Assembly (NCBI GenBank): GCA_020184695.1
Contig: JAANOX010000021.1
Coordinates: 62,001-126,000, forward strand
From: Histomonas meleagridis 2922-C6/04-290x
Taxonomy: Eukaryota; Protista; Parabasalia
Length of the DNA: 64,000 bases
Direction: 5' to 3'
Shown here: positions 31,820 to 44,559 of the stretch, in pieces
Numbering within the stretch: the stretch's first letter is position 1
How the letters are laid out: the number at the start of each line of letters is the position of its first letter
The notes under the pieces: generated by a model
Seen by the model: only the letters and a program-made list of their open reading frames with translations
Told to the model about the DNA's origin: nothing
Databases searched by the model: none
Translations under genes and position numbers: made by a program

Positions 31820-34800
31820 TTATTTATCTATAGCCGAAAATTCAGAAATAATTTCCTGTACCGAGTCCATGAAAAACGAGAATTTTTTTTCATCACCATT
31901 CAGCATGTTCAGAATTGCTTCATTATTAAACAATTGTTTTAACAAGCCGATAATAACTTTCCACGTTTCCAAACCTATTTTCATTTCCAACACGTTACTA
32001 TACGGCTGTGCCAACAAAATGATGAACATTTTCAAATATTTTATTTTTGTTTCATTTTCCATTTTATCGAAGTTACAAGTTAAAAATGCGTAAACGTAAT
32101 AACATAACCCGATGTCTTCTACAATTGGCAAAGCATTGACCATTAAATTCAACAATTTATCGAAAGGAAATTGTTCTTTTATTATACAATTTCCTAAAAT
32201 GGCTAATGCGGCCACAATAGTTTCTGTTAAAATCGAATGGTTATTTTGTTCATTTATTAATCTCAAGTTCAACGAGTTAAAAAAATCATTCACAAAAGGA
32301 ATAAACAAAAATTTTATTTGTTCATTTAAATGCAAAGTCACATTTAATATGAACGAAGAAGCAGAAGTTGCTATTTTAATATTACCATTAATTATAGTGT
32401 AATTTAAATTAGGAATTATCTCTTTTAATGATTCTTGTTGTAAAAAGAATTCGGGCATTTCAGTCACAAATGTCGTAATGATTTCTAATGAGAAGTAATC
32501 AGCGTTTTGGAAATTTGGTGTTTTAAATAACTGTATGAAATAAGCGAAAACTTCGTTAATGAATAATTCGGAACATGTTTGCTTAGTAATTATTGGTAAT
32601 GAGAATTGGATTTGATTAAATAATTTCGAATCATATAAATTAACGTTTTGATTCGTAGTAATAATCGAAAGAAGTTTCTTTACTAAATTTTCACAGTTTT
32701 CAGTGCTAAAAACTTCAACACCGAATTTAATTAAACTATAAGTTATAGCTTTTAATATAACAATAAAAATCTCATGATCATTACAACTCATTAAAAAGTT
32801 ATAGCATTGTTGTAACAAGTTAATTAATAGTGGATCAGGTTGTAATAAGAATATTATCGATTTAAACGCTTTCATAGTTGGCACAATACAATATGATAAT
32901 GAAAATAGTCCGGCAAGATTCATAATTTGATTAAATATCATATTAACCAAATCTTGATTACCCAAATATTTGGTGATTTTAGCTAACGCTTGTAATGCTA
33001 AAGAATCCGCATGAAATGTAACTGATTCGAACTCTTTATCAGTTGGATTTATACATATTAATTCTTCCGTCCAATTTTTATTCACTCTTTTATATAATGA
33101 ATTAAAAATTCCTTCTAAGAAATTGTTCATTTGATTCTTCATTATCTTAAATATTGATATAAAACATTTAATGATTTCAATCGCTCCATATGCATCTGAT
33201 GAATTAAATCCTTCGATTAAATATGGAATAATTTCAGGTAAATGCGGTAACATCTTTTGTGGTGCTCGTCTTGATAATGCTGCTATAGATTCATATATTA
33301 TAGAATATGGTGACTCAAATGATAATGGTGATGATAAGATATCAAATAATGTTTTATATAAATTATCAAATAATAATACACTTTGATATAACGAATTCTC
33401 AATAACTAATGAAATTAAATTTAACGCAAAGATTTTGATTTGTAAATCAGAATGAGAAAATAAGTTTTGTGCCGTTAATATAGAATCTGTAAAAATAATA
33501 TCGGTGTTTTCGACTTGTTTGATAACTTTACACAAAAGTGATGTGCCTAAGTAAACATCAATGTCATTAGTATACATTAATACTGCATCACGAATTTGCA
33601 AAATGTTTTGATTAATTTGTCTTCGAAAGATATGTGAAAGATTATCAAAACAATGTGCTGCAATTCGTTGTTTTAATGTGTTCTTTTCAATAAATCCTTT
33701 CATGAATATTTCAAATATTTGATCTAAATTCGCTTCAAATAAAGTATTTGATGTTAAGAGAGCATTTTCTAATACTAAATATCCAAAACTAATTAATTCT
33801 TGTAAATTACTTTCAAGATATTTTTGAATATTTGTAAAAACAAATCCTTGAATAACAGTTGTATCCATCCTTGTGAAAATTAATGATAACATGATTTCAA
33901 TTTCAACTAGCCATGTCATATCGTCAATATCATCCGAGTGGAAATAAACTATACAAATATTTTGTTCAAGTTGATAGAAGACATTCAAATTTTCAATGGT
34001 AAGTGGAAATTGTGTGTGCATATACGTTAAGGAGTGAACTAAAAAATTGTGAAGTTGCAGTTTGAATGATGTGTCAAATGACGATGAACTTAGAACGGTT
34101 ATTATTGATGGTAATGCTTCAAATAATGGAAAGATAAAAAATGATTTTTGAATCCCTGTTGATATGTTATTTAAAATAGGAGTAAGAAAATTAATGTTAT
34201 TGGAATTAATTGTTTCAAGAAAAACATTTAAAAGTGGACCCATAAATTGATCAAAAATTTGTGTATCACGATGCATGTTTGGTGCTAAATGATACAAAAA
34301 TGTAACTGATATTGAAACTTCAGGAAATTGTTTAGATTGGAGTCCGAGTAAAATTAAATTAACAAAAAGTGGAAGACGTTCAATAACTGTTGGTGTAGAC
34401 ATGGTGAAAATTAAAAGATCAAAAATAGATAAACTAACATATATATGATCCTTAATTTGAATTGCAAATGTATCAAGTTCACTCCAATAGACATTTGAAT
34501 ATTGTATAGAAGTAGATACAACGGATAATATAGTATCTAAGGTTTCATAATTTTCTGATTTTGTAATATAGAATAGTAACTTTTTTCGATAAGCTTGAAG
34601 TAATTCAATAGGCATCGTAGCGCTTTGTTGTCTAATACACATAGAGATCGTGTGTAATGAATATTGTTTAATAATTATATCAGGAGAATTTTCAAAAATT
34701 TCAAATAATGATGGAATTGATTCAGAAAATTGATCGATTCTAGTTAACTCTGCATCAGCTTCTTGGGCTGTCTGAGGGTTTCGAAGACGTGAAAATATTG

Positions 34801-34834
34801 ATAGAAGGTATTCTGTTAGCGATGTTTGTTGCAT
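31820..34834 (-). CDS. Importin-beta/karyopherin family HEAT-repeat protein (importin-4/5-like)
   Basis: 1004-aa ORF with an IBN_N-like start (NPQTAQEADAEL...SPDIIIKQYSLHTI) followed by HEAT repeats. Confidence 0.7.
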   Translation of the reverse strand: MQQTSLTEYLLSIFSRLRNPQTAQEADAELTRIDQFSESIPSLFEIFENSPDIIIKQYSLHTISMCIRQQSATMPIELLQAYRKKLLFYITKSENYETLDTILSVVSTSIQYSNVYWSELDTFAIQIKDHIYVSLSIFDLLIFTMSTPTVIERLPLFVNLILLGLQSKQFPEVSISVTFLYHLAPNMHRDTQIFDQFMGPLLNVFLETINSNNINFLTPILNNISTGIQKSFFIFPLFEALPSIITVLSSSSFDTSFKLQLHNFLVHSLTYMHTQFPLTIENLNVFYQLEQNICIVYFHSDDIDDMTWLVEIEIMLSLIFTRMDTTVIQGFVFTNIQKYLESNLQELISFGYLVLENALLTSNTLFEANLDQIFEIFMKGFIEKNTLKQRIAAHCFDNLSHIFRRQINQNILQIRDAVLMYTNDIDVYLGTSLLCKVIKQVENTDIIFTDSILTAQNLFSHSDLQIKIFALNLISLVIENSLYQSVLLFDNLYKTLFDILSSPLSFESPYSIIYESIAALSRRAPQKMLPHLPEIIPYLIEGFNSSDAYGAIEIIKCFISIFKIMKNQMNNFLEGIFNSLYKRVNKNWTEELICINPTDKEFESVTFHADSLALQALAKITKYLGNQDLVNMIFNQIMNLAGLFSLSYCIVPTMKAFKSIIFLLQPDPLLINLLQQCYNFLMSCNDHEIFIVILKAITYSLIKFGVEVFSTENCENLVKKLLSIITTNQNVNLYDSKLFNQIQFSLPIITKQTCSELFINEVFAYFIQLFKTPNFQNADYFSLEIITTFVTEMPEFFLQQESLKEIIPNLNYTIINGNIKIATSASSFILNVTLHLNEQIKFLFIPFVNDFFNSLNLRLINEQNNHSILTETIVAALAILGNCIIKEQFPFDKLLNLMVNALPIVEDIGLCYYVYAFLTCNFDKMENETKIKYLKMFIILLAQPYSNVLEMKIGLETWKVIIGLLKQLFNNEAILNMLNGDEKKFSFFMDSVQEIISEFSAIDK

Positions 34835-35255
34835 CGCTTAAACTGTTAGCCAAAAAGTGGCATTAGAACGATCAAAAAAACGATCACGAAAAAGTGCTGA
34901 ATTCATTTATATGAGGTGTAGTCAGACGAGATATAAGCTGAACATAAAACAGAAATCCCTCTGGAAAAAAATAATAAATCACGATATAACTTGATATAAA
35001 TATATGAATATGATTATTATTTATGATTTCAAATCATAAAAATAATTTATTCTAATAATATCCGGTCAAATTGATATTAAATAAAAAAGATAATAATCTA
35101 ACAGTATAATTACCTAGTTTTCATTCAACCGTCGTTACATTTTCAAAACATGTTGAAAACTCAATAATAATGAAAAATCGAAAATTATTTCTGTTTGGTT
35201 CAATTAAATGAAAGCAGAGATCAGCGGCCCGTTCTCTTTTCGTTACATTTTTGTA

Positions 35256-36290
35256 TATTCCATGATAATCCTTGATCGCCATCTTCCATGCCTTTGTATT
35301 ATATTGTCCTGATCTTCAAATTTAACCGCTGCATTAGCACCGCCCTTTCTTAATGAATGCCAACTATATTTGTAATAATTAGGAACCCCAATTTTTTTAA
35401 TTGTTCTTTTATTTTCTGTGAAAAACTCTGGAGAGATTAATTGAAAAGTACATCTTCATTATCGAATTTTATCATTGAAATGAGTAAATCAAATCAAAAG
35501 TATGGATTATGTGGTTGTTCATTCTTAGAAATGAAACATTGAGTTCCTTTACCTAAAGGATCGTTTTTTGATTTAGAAATTAATGAGAAAATTCCATCAT
35601 TTCCGACTTAAATATCTCTCATTCTCAAATTTCTCATTTCAGAATACCTCATTTATTATTAAAATGTAATGAACATTTCTGTAAAACATTTGACATCTTC
35701 GAATAACTCATTATACATTTACATAAGTAAAAATATTCATAAAGATAAAATATTCTACACATTTAATACTATTATATAATATAAAGTTTTATTAAAATAT
35801 CTCATAGTTATCGATAAAAAGTGGGATGTAAAGACTTTTGGACCACCCTATATATGACCTCAAAAGTTCAAATTACTATTGCTGGTGCATGTATGCAAGC
35901 TGTAATGGCTTGTCTCGCCAAATACCATTCAAATTGTTTTATCAGGCACTCAATTATCATGGGATATCCAATGATACTATGCCTGAGCCCAAGGCATCCA
36001 CCAGTACGACTTTTTGTGATATTTATATCATAAACTTTTTGATATGTTTACGCCATTAACTTTTTGTTTTGAGGTGCCTAATCAGAAGTTTTTGGAAAGT
36101 GGAAATACCGATCCTACTTTCTGAACAGCAAGAAAAATTTGTTCACAACATATTCATTAACGCTCATTATATTAAATTTTTAAATAATATTGCTTCACTT
36201 TTAATGACTTCTAATGATAATCCATATGTGTTTCATTTCACCATCATAGTTATTTCCTCGTCAACATTCTCATTCATTTTTATATAGCTA
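35256..36290 (-). mobile_element. Degraded tyrosine recombinase (DIRS/Crypton-type YR)
   Basis: Catalytic boxes in order: MRYSEMRNLRMRDI, SKSKNDPLGKG, YSWHSLRKGGA, HGRWRS...EY. Several stops. Confidence 0.75.
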
Positions 36291-36618
36291 GTTCATAATG
36301 TCCCTAGGGATGTTCTCTGTTCACTGGGGCAAGAAGGGGTTGCGAGGGACATGTCCCTCCATAGGGATTGAGAGGGTCAAACCTACTTTCATAAAATGCA
36401 TTTCATAATGTTATGTAGAAAGGATTGAAATAGCATAAAGAATTTTATTTTTAATAATCAATTGATCAATATGCGTAAAATGAAGATGCAGCAACCACTT
36501 TAACATATAATTATTTTGAATTATATTAGGTAAGCTTGGGCAATGTTGACCAATTTCAATTTACGGTTGTTGAAAAAAGTGGTAAATTAAAATTGAAAAT
36601 TGGTCAATTTTAATTTTA

Positions 36619-38353
36619 TGTTGCAAGAGATAAAGCGCCTGACTTCACTTTCTCCACTTTTTGAATGAACTCATAGAATTGTTTGTATGAGATGATTCAA
36701 AAAGTGGATTTTACAACGAGTAAAAGAAAATTTCATATGAGATTTATCAAAAAGTGAACTTTGTACTGAATTTTTGATTCCCTTCACTTTTTGATGGAAC
36801 TCATAAAATTGTTTGTATATGATAATTCAAAAGTTTATTCCGTCACTTTCTTGTTGTTTATATGAGGGGGTGCCCCATTGTATCGTTTCCACTTTTTCAA
36901 TGGTTTATTTTACAATGAAGAAGAACTCAAGTAACGACGATCCGAGAAATGGCATCGATATCCAAGCATTCCGTCAATCAATTAATGACAATGGAGTCGA
37001 AGATACACGGAAAATATTCCATATCAGTCGAGAGAAGATCCATGCAATTTGCAAACTCGAGGGGATAGCAATTCCTAGCCGAGGGAGACCGTCAAAGGAA
37101 ATCAAAGAGGAAGTTAATTTTTGCCTCGACTACAAAGACAAATACCATGTTGGCTACCAACGAACTGCTGAGTCTGCTAAGCGACATAACATTGCAACTA
37201 CTGAGTGGTCAGTTAGGAAGATATTTACTGAACAGAAACTGCTTTGTTACAAGAAACCTGAAAAGCTCCCCAAAGAACATCTCCGTCTTTTCGTTGCAAA
37301 ATATGCTAATCAGTTATGGCATGCAGATATTCACTATGTTACCATTGAAGGAGAACAATTTGTATCTCCTTGGATTCATTGATGATCGTTCTCGCTTCCT
37401 GATCTATTATGAAGTCCTATCAAGTAAGACTTCTGAAGCTTGTGCCACGGCGCTTATTAAAGCTCTAGGTCCTGTTGTACATCGACCTAAAAATGCTGGC
37501 TTTGGATGATGGGGGAGAATTTACCGGCAATCCATTTCAATTTATACTCCAGCTTTATGGTATTGAAGATTACCGTACTCACCCCTATACTCCAGAGGAG
37601 AATGGTAAGATAGAACGTTTTTTTGGTTGACGATTGAACGTGCCAAAGGACCAAATGTTGCATGGAGCATTCCTAAGATTAATACCATAATCCATGAATA
37701 TAATTATTTTTTTGGACGCATCGAAGTTTGAGAAAACTCACTCACCAATCCTTAACACCCCTATGAAGCATGGCGCACAATGGATAGGTACACAGGTCAA
37801 ACTGATGCTTGCATTGAAATGATTAAATAATTCCATCTCATTTGATTTTTTTTTTTTTTTTTTTTTACTTATATTATATAAGCCTAGTACTGATATGAAC
37901 AACGATTGCTTAATTTTCATGTGCTTAATCGAACTGGATGCATCCAGCTAGCTTGTGCTACTATATATTAATATATTGGTATTTTTCTTCTATTATCAAT
38001 ATATGCCGATACCACTTTTTGAATAAAACATTCAAAAAAAGTGGTATCGGCATGTTTTTGTAAACCATTCAATTTTTTTAAATTTCAATGCACACATATA
38101 ATATATTCGCTTAGTATCATTAAAAAGTTGCGACTACAAGCAGGATTAATAGTCGTTCACAGGCACGGACGGGCCGATACCACTTTTTGAGTGCCCTCAA
38201 AAAGTGGTATCGGCGATCATTTCGGGGCCCCCTGTCGTAAATGCAATTCAAAAAGTTCGTATGATATTTTTTTCTATTTACGAATAGAATTTATTCTATG
38301 AAATCATTCAAAAAGTGGAGGAAGTGAAGTCAGGCGCTTTTTCTCTTACCACA
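36619..38353 (+). mobile_element. IS481-like (IS481EU-type) DDE transposon with ~60-bp TIRs and 16-bp TSD
   Basis: TIRs at 36619-36680 and 38293-38353 (TGT...ACA ends). GTCAATTTTAATTTTA is duplicated at 36603-36618 and 38354-38369. The rve core (LWHADIH, GFIDDRSR, DDGGEF, PYTPEENGKIERF) is frameshifted. Confidence 0.9.
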
Positions 38354-39066
38354 GTCAATTTTAATTTTATATACTCTCATACTTTGAAAAAGTGGCGATG
38401 ACATAAATCAATTCGAAAAAGTTTTAAAATTGAATTGAAAGTTTGCCATTTTCATCATGAAGATATGTTGGATAACTTTATTTCAAAACAAAGAAAGAAG
38501 TGCGAATATACACTTCTTTAAAGCAATATTATCACATTAAAATGTTACATTTTTGAAGTTAAAAAGAATTAGTTTTCGTTATCAAATTTCGAAAATTAAT
38601 TTCAAAAAACAATTTATATACAAATCATATTTGAAAATTAATTTATTTCATTGAAATATTACATTTTTTAAGTCAAAATTGATAAGTTAGATTATTGTGA
38701 ATGTCAAATAATAGTTTGATTTTCGTGAATATGATCTAAATAATAAATAACATAAATAACATAAAATAATCAAAATGAATAGAAATATAAATGTAATGAT
38801 AAAATAATAAAAATGATCATTTCCATGAAAATTTTCGTGATATTCAGGGAAATTTTAATGTAGACTATAAAAGAGTAATGATAAATTAGAGCAAAACTAT
38901 GTTCAAATATTAATATATGTATATTATCAAAATATTAAAAATAATCAAGCTTAATGTTCACTAATTCACTTGTACATATCATCTTATCTCACTGTATTCG
39001 AGATGTGATTTTTTTGTACACCCTTTCTCATCAAAAAGACTATAAAGCATGGAGTATTAAATACAT

Positions 39067-39900
39067 TTATAACTTCTTGAAGTAATATGTAAATTCTTTG
39101 ACATTCGAATTAACGATATGGCATATACATGGAAATCTTTCAATAACTGGAAATATATCTATTCGTTGAAGTTCATCTGCAAAAGCTCCAGGAACTGCGC
39201 CACCATAATCTGTAACTGCGCATCGTATTTTATTATTTATTTCATAGAATAACAATATTTTAATATAATAATTACGAATAACTTCTGACTTACAATGTAT
39301 TTCAACCATTGGTGTATGAGCAATTGTCATCATCTTATATTGTTGATGAATAATTGTGGAAACTGTAATTCCCAAATATCTTCTCTGACTTTTATCTTGA
39401 TATCTCCCAAATATCACTTTTTATTTACCCCCATCCTATATCACTAACTTTGATGGTGTATTACGATGCACTATAGATTCAAATTTTGTAAAAAAAGTTA
39501 GACATTTATCAATTCACTGATTCTAAACTAAATATGATAAAACACGAATGAATCTTACAACAATTTTGATAATAGAAGAAGCCAATACATTTCTGAGAAA
39601 ACATGATGAAGAAGTAGAATAATGGGCATTTGGTGATGAACGAGAAGAATTGATATCGGAGGAAAAACAATTGACTAGTATGAAAGAAGGATCATTTCGA
39701 TTCCAATTGCAGATTATTTTAGAGAATTTGTTTCCGAACAGTACAGACCAATTAGTTGGGTTTTGGAAACCATGGAAGAATTGACAACCAAGACAAATGC
39801 TAAACGTGTTATTAAAAAGAAACTTTGGTGCAGAATTTACCTAGTATATTGATGCGAGATATTTAAATATTATCAGGAAATGAGCATTCAATTTCATGTT
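39067..39900 (-). mobile_element. Degraded hAT-like transposase
   Basis: Motifs QDKSQRRYLGITV, IRCAVTDYGG and RFPCICHIVN (CxxH motif). Confidence 0.6.
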
Positions 39901-40261
39901 GTTGCAATGTTCAGCTAGTTAACTAGAAACATGCAGTTCAACCAAAGACAGTCAGTTAATACTAAAAAAATTTTATATGATTAGAAATATTTAGTTAAAC
40001 TAAAAGTACACACACAGCAACACTCCGGCACCGGAGGTTGGTCAAAGACAACAAAATTACAATAAAAATATATGTTGATATTGTTTTTTTTCAACGATAC
40101 AAATTTCTACATATTATTGGTATATCATTATTCATTTCATTCATACCCTTCGGGTTAGCAGCATTTTCAAAATCGGCATTATTAATTTCGATATATACAT
40201 TTTTTTGCTATCACATTGACAAATATGACATAAAGTTTTTAATGTATGATTTATTCTGGTA

Positions 40262-41121
40262 CTTACCTACAACCGTGGTAAATTTGAATAGGTGGCATTC
40301 AAAAAGTCGTGGTCCCATTTAATCATAATGTAGAATTTGAATAAGGTGAAATATGCATTCAAAATTTGACTCTCAATTTGTTTTCTTAAAAAAATATTTT
40401 CATTCAATTTCATTTTGAATAATTTACAATTATCGCCATTTTTTTTTTTATTATAATTATTCGAACAAAAATAAAATTTGGCAAAGATGGTATCGAATGA
40501 ATGTCGTAATATTTCATTATCTTGCTTTATGATTCTACTATTTGGTTTAGTTAAAAATGAATTCATACTTATTCTAATTTCAGAAATGGAGCTCATATGA
40601 TTAATTAGATTCAAAAAGTTTACAAATCAATGTTTACATTATTATTTCATTGAGCAATTGATTTAATTATTTTCATCCAACCTCCACAAAACATCATATA
40701 TATATATATATATATTATTTTAATTGCTCTGATCGTCGTAGAGATTGAATTTTATACAATTTAAAATTAATAAAACATAATTAATATGTAGAACATAACA
40801 ATTCATAAGAATTTAGATGCGAAGCAATTGATATTATTGATCAATTTATAAAATATTAATTAAATCAAAAATGAATTTTTATGTAACATTGATATGAAAT
40901 TTGTGTTGTAATACAGAGATGATTAAATATTTCACAATATCTTAATTCTTGATCGTGAATCATTCAAAATAAAATTGAATTGAAATATTTTTCTTCAGAG
41001 AACAAATTGAGAGCCAATTTTCGAATGCAAATTACACCTTATTCAAATTCTCCATTATGATTGAATGGAGTCTCCACTTTTTTAATACTACCCATTCAAA
41101 TTTCCCACGGTTGTAGGACAG
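40262..41121. mobile_element. Non-autonomous TIR element (MITE-like), TA target site
   Basis: CT(T/G)(A/T)CCTACAACCGTGG(T/G)AAATTTGAAT(A/G)GGT inverted at both ends, flanked by TA at 40260-40261 and 41122-41123. No recognisable transposase inside. Confidence 0.7.
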
Positions 41122-41788
41122 TACTAATATTACACATCACTTTCCATAGTCTTTGCAAAACTATAACAAAATTATTATTCGTTTTCTCTGCTAATGAATT
41201 TATAAGATATTGATGGAATATGAACATCTTGTTGAACAAGAAAATTGCCATCATCGAATGGAAGAAAAGAATTCATCCAGACGTCCCATTTATGAATAAA
41301 ATTCTTCAGTCGTATAATAAAATTCTTCAGTCGTATAATAAAATTATAATATTTAGTACTTTCCATTTGATCAATGATTTCTATAACTAGTATGTTTGAA
41401 TTTTCATTACTATGTGATTTAATTGAGTTCATCATTTCTTCTACAACAAGAATCGCTTGGAAATAAGAAATAATGAAACAAGAATGATTTGTATTTTAAT
41501 AATCTTATTAAAAGGCTTGAAACTTAGGATCGTATTTCTCGAGATATGAAAGAATTGCTCCAGGTCGTTTTGACTAATGAGTACCGGATTTTTTTTCCAG
41601 TTTGCATAAAAAATAATATGAAGTTATTAACTCAGAAGGTTTTTGATGATAATCAAAATATTAATTTTTTCGATAAATTTTTATTAAAGTTATATGTTGT
41701 GTACGGAAATTCTCAAAAATCATTCAATTTTTGAGTAAACTATTGAACTCAAATTTTCGAGCTTGCAAGGAAGGAAAAAGATCGAAAT

Positions 41789-42720
41789 TTGCCCTTTTTG
41801 GCTAGAAGCTACTGTCAAGGCAATTCAGCAAAGGAAAACAACAATGCCAGAGTTATCATAAATAGAAGAAAACCTTTTACTCGAATAGTGGTAACGAAAA
41901 AAGTACATCCAGGAACTGTTAGAAGGGCGATCGACGATAACGGTCTTGATCTACTTATTACCAGAGGAAAACAAAAAGTAGATTTACGCCATATACTCAA
42001 AAATAATATCATCGAAATACAAAGAATATACAAAACTGGCGTTAACATAACATTCTACCAAATAATTTCCAAATCAGAAAGTGTTCCTATGTGCCAAGAA
42101 ATTACAACACACCATATGATATACGACGTAATGAAGGATAACAACGCCTTATCGTACACGTGACCGTTAAAGTCCGAAGAACCCTATCGTTGCCGATATG
42201 AAGCATCAAATTCAGATTTAATTTGGCGAACTGATTATTATAATCATAACGGAGAATATTTAATATCTTTCATAGATGATTATTCTCGTTACGTTGTATA
42301 TTGTGACGCAATCTCCAACAAATTATCAGCAACTACAAAAAAGTGCCTCGAATTGATAATTCAATTCTGTGGCAACCGTTTATTTTATGTGTGGACCGAT
42401 AATGGTCAGGAATTCAAAGGAGATTTTAAGAAATTCCTCGAAGATAATGAAATCAAACAAGTTTTATCAGAAGTCAAAAACCCACAGCAAAATGGGAAAT
42501 GTGAAAGATTTTGGAGTACAGCAGAAAATGCAATAATATTGGAGAACTTAGAAATTGGATACATGTTTACAACAACACAACTCATTGTGGACTGCCCCAA
42601 AAAACCGTCAATGATAGGGAGACGTAACACCTCATCAAAGGTATTTCTATGGCGTTAAATGGGATCTTACAATATCTCCAACATGGAAAGTCGATGGAGT
42701 CGTCAATCCATTTATTCCAT
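41789..42720 (+). mobile_element. Second, degraded IS481-like integrase-core transposase
   Basis: YRCRYEA...IWRTD, ISFIDDYSRY, VWTDNGQEF and NPQQNGKCERFW, split by frameshifts. Confidence 0.8.
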
Positions 42721-43349
42721 ATGGGGCAAATTGAGTAAAACACTCAACAACAATTTTTTTTTAGTAATTGCGAGCGGTGGCCAAGCCTGGTTTTTTCGAT
42801 AGCAAACGATCACAACCGAAGTGCAAGTATGCGGTAAAATGAATAGTTTACTCAGAAATTAAATGATTCTTGAGCAGTTCCCTACAGCTGGTGTACTTAA
42901 AAATGGTCTGAATGTTTAATTGTTTAGACGATATATCCAAATATTTCACGACGTGGATGAAAATCTGTTCAATTCGCACTTTTTAAATGATTTACTCAGA
43001 AATCGAATGATTTTTGAAAATTTCCGTACAGGACATTTATTGAAGTAATATGACATATTATAGTCTCCGACGGTTTAAAGTGGACAATTTTTAATAATGA
43101 CCGATGAATACAAATTAATGTTATGGCAGGAAACGTCTAAATAACGTTAAAAAGTGGAACAATTTATAGTGTCCAACGGACAACTTCAACGCCAGTAAAA
43201 CGATCGAAATTTTTACCAAAAAAGTGGACAATTTCTCAACGCTAAACGGACAACCAGAGTGGTTCCTATACATTATTTTTACAAAAAAATGAGAAGTAAA
43301 GTTAAGAATTTTACTTAACGTTCATTCATATTATTTTCTATTTTATTGA

Positions 43350-43986
43350 CTCTGGAGAGCGATCAGGAAAATATTTCATCAATTTATTGAAATCACCACC
43401 AAAGTCGTCGTTTAAATCTTCGAGTTTTTGTCCAAGCACAATATTTTCTTCCAGGCTGATTCATTTCTTGTCTTCCTCGTATATTAGATTGAGAAGTCGG
43501 ATTCAACGTAATGTCTTTTGTGCTACATATAGTATCATTATTATTATTTTGTTATTTTTCATAAATTTTCCTGATTTCATTCATGACAGATTCAAGAAGT
43601 GGATCCTTCACATTGAAATATATTAACCTTACAATTGATTATAATGAACCATTTAAATTTTAATCATAAAAAGTGACATAAAGTTCGATAATTTTACCAA
43701 AATCATTAATTCTGTGTCTGATCACTGTTTTTATGTACTCACTTTTATGTAACCTGATGAAGTTGACCCTTTTAATGTCATTAATGAATTTACATATAGA
43801 ATCATGGTTTCGAGCTTTCATTCTTAAAACACCAAAAGAATGTTCTAAAGGATTTGAGCTAAGTCTATTTAAAGAAATGTTTCCTTGCTCAGATTTTAAA
43901 AATTTCAATAAGCTAATTATAGTGCCTTTTGTATCAATCATTAAATTATTATCATAAATATAAGAAAATTGTTTAAAATACATCAA
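43350..43986 (-). mobile_element. P-element-like transposase C-terminal fragment
   Basis: RLSSNPLEHSFGVLR resembles the xSQDxLExFFxxxR motif around the catalytic Glu of P/THAP9 transposases. Confidence 0.5.
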
Positions 43987-44094
43987 TGCGAGTTTCAGGT
44001 ATTTACATCTACTTTTGACAGAAATGTGATCGTTGCTGATTGAAATAATAAAAAGTGACCATGGGAAAAAATATTGAAAAATTTGATTATGAGA

Positions 44095-44346
44095 TTATAA
44101 CTGCCTTTGGGTCATTGCATGACCTTCATTAGATGAATCAATTATTTCTTCTTTATCTTCATTCAATGCTCTATGTCGACCTAAAGGTTTTGGATCTTGT
44201 GGACCATTTGAGATACTTCTAGATACCGTTTTACGGCACATATTAAAGACGAATGCTAGTTGATTAAAAGTGAAAGTAACATCATCGAATTCAGATGCAT
44301 ATTCGTAGAAAAAACAAAGCTGATGATTTTCATATTCTAAGTTCAT
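44095..44346 (-). mobile_element. pogo/CENP-B-like transposase N-terminal HTH fragment
   Basis: QLAFVFNMCRKTVSRSI...GRHRALNED. Confidence 0.5.
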
Positions 44347-44559
44347 AAAGTCAGGATTTCTTAATAATGATCGAGTAAATTCTTAAGAAATACCAATAGT
44401 ATCTAATTTTTGTTTAATTTCATCTAGTGACATTGCTGGTGTTAATGTTGACATTGATAAGAATGAGGTTTTATTAAAGATTATTTATTAACCTATTTTA
44501 ACGTATGGGACCACTCGATTCCTGGGACACATTTAAATCTCTAACTGTATATTACAATT

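Noticed and set aside
41298-41340. 21-bp tandem duplication AAAATTCTTCAGTCGTATAAT x2
   Set aside because: An isolated local slippage in decayed TE sequence with no functional indication.
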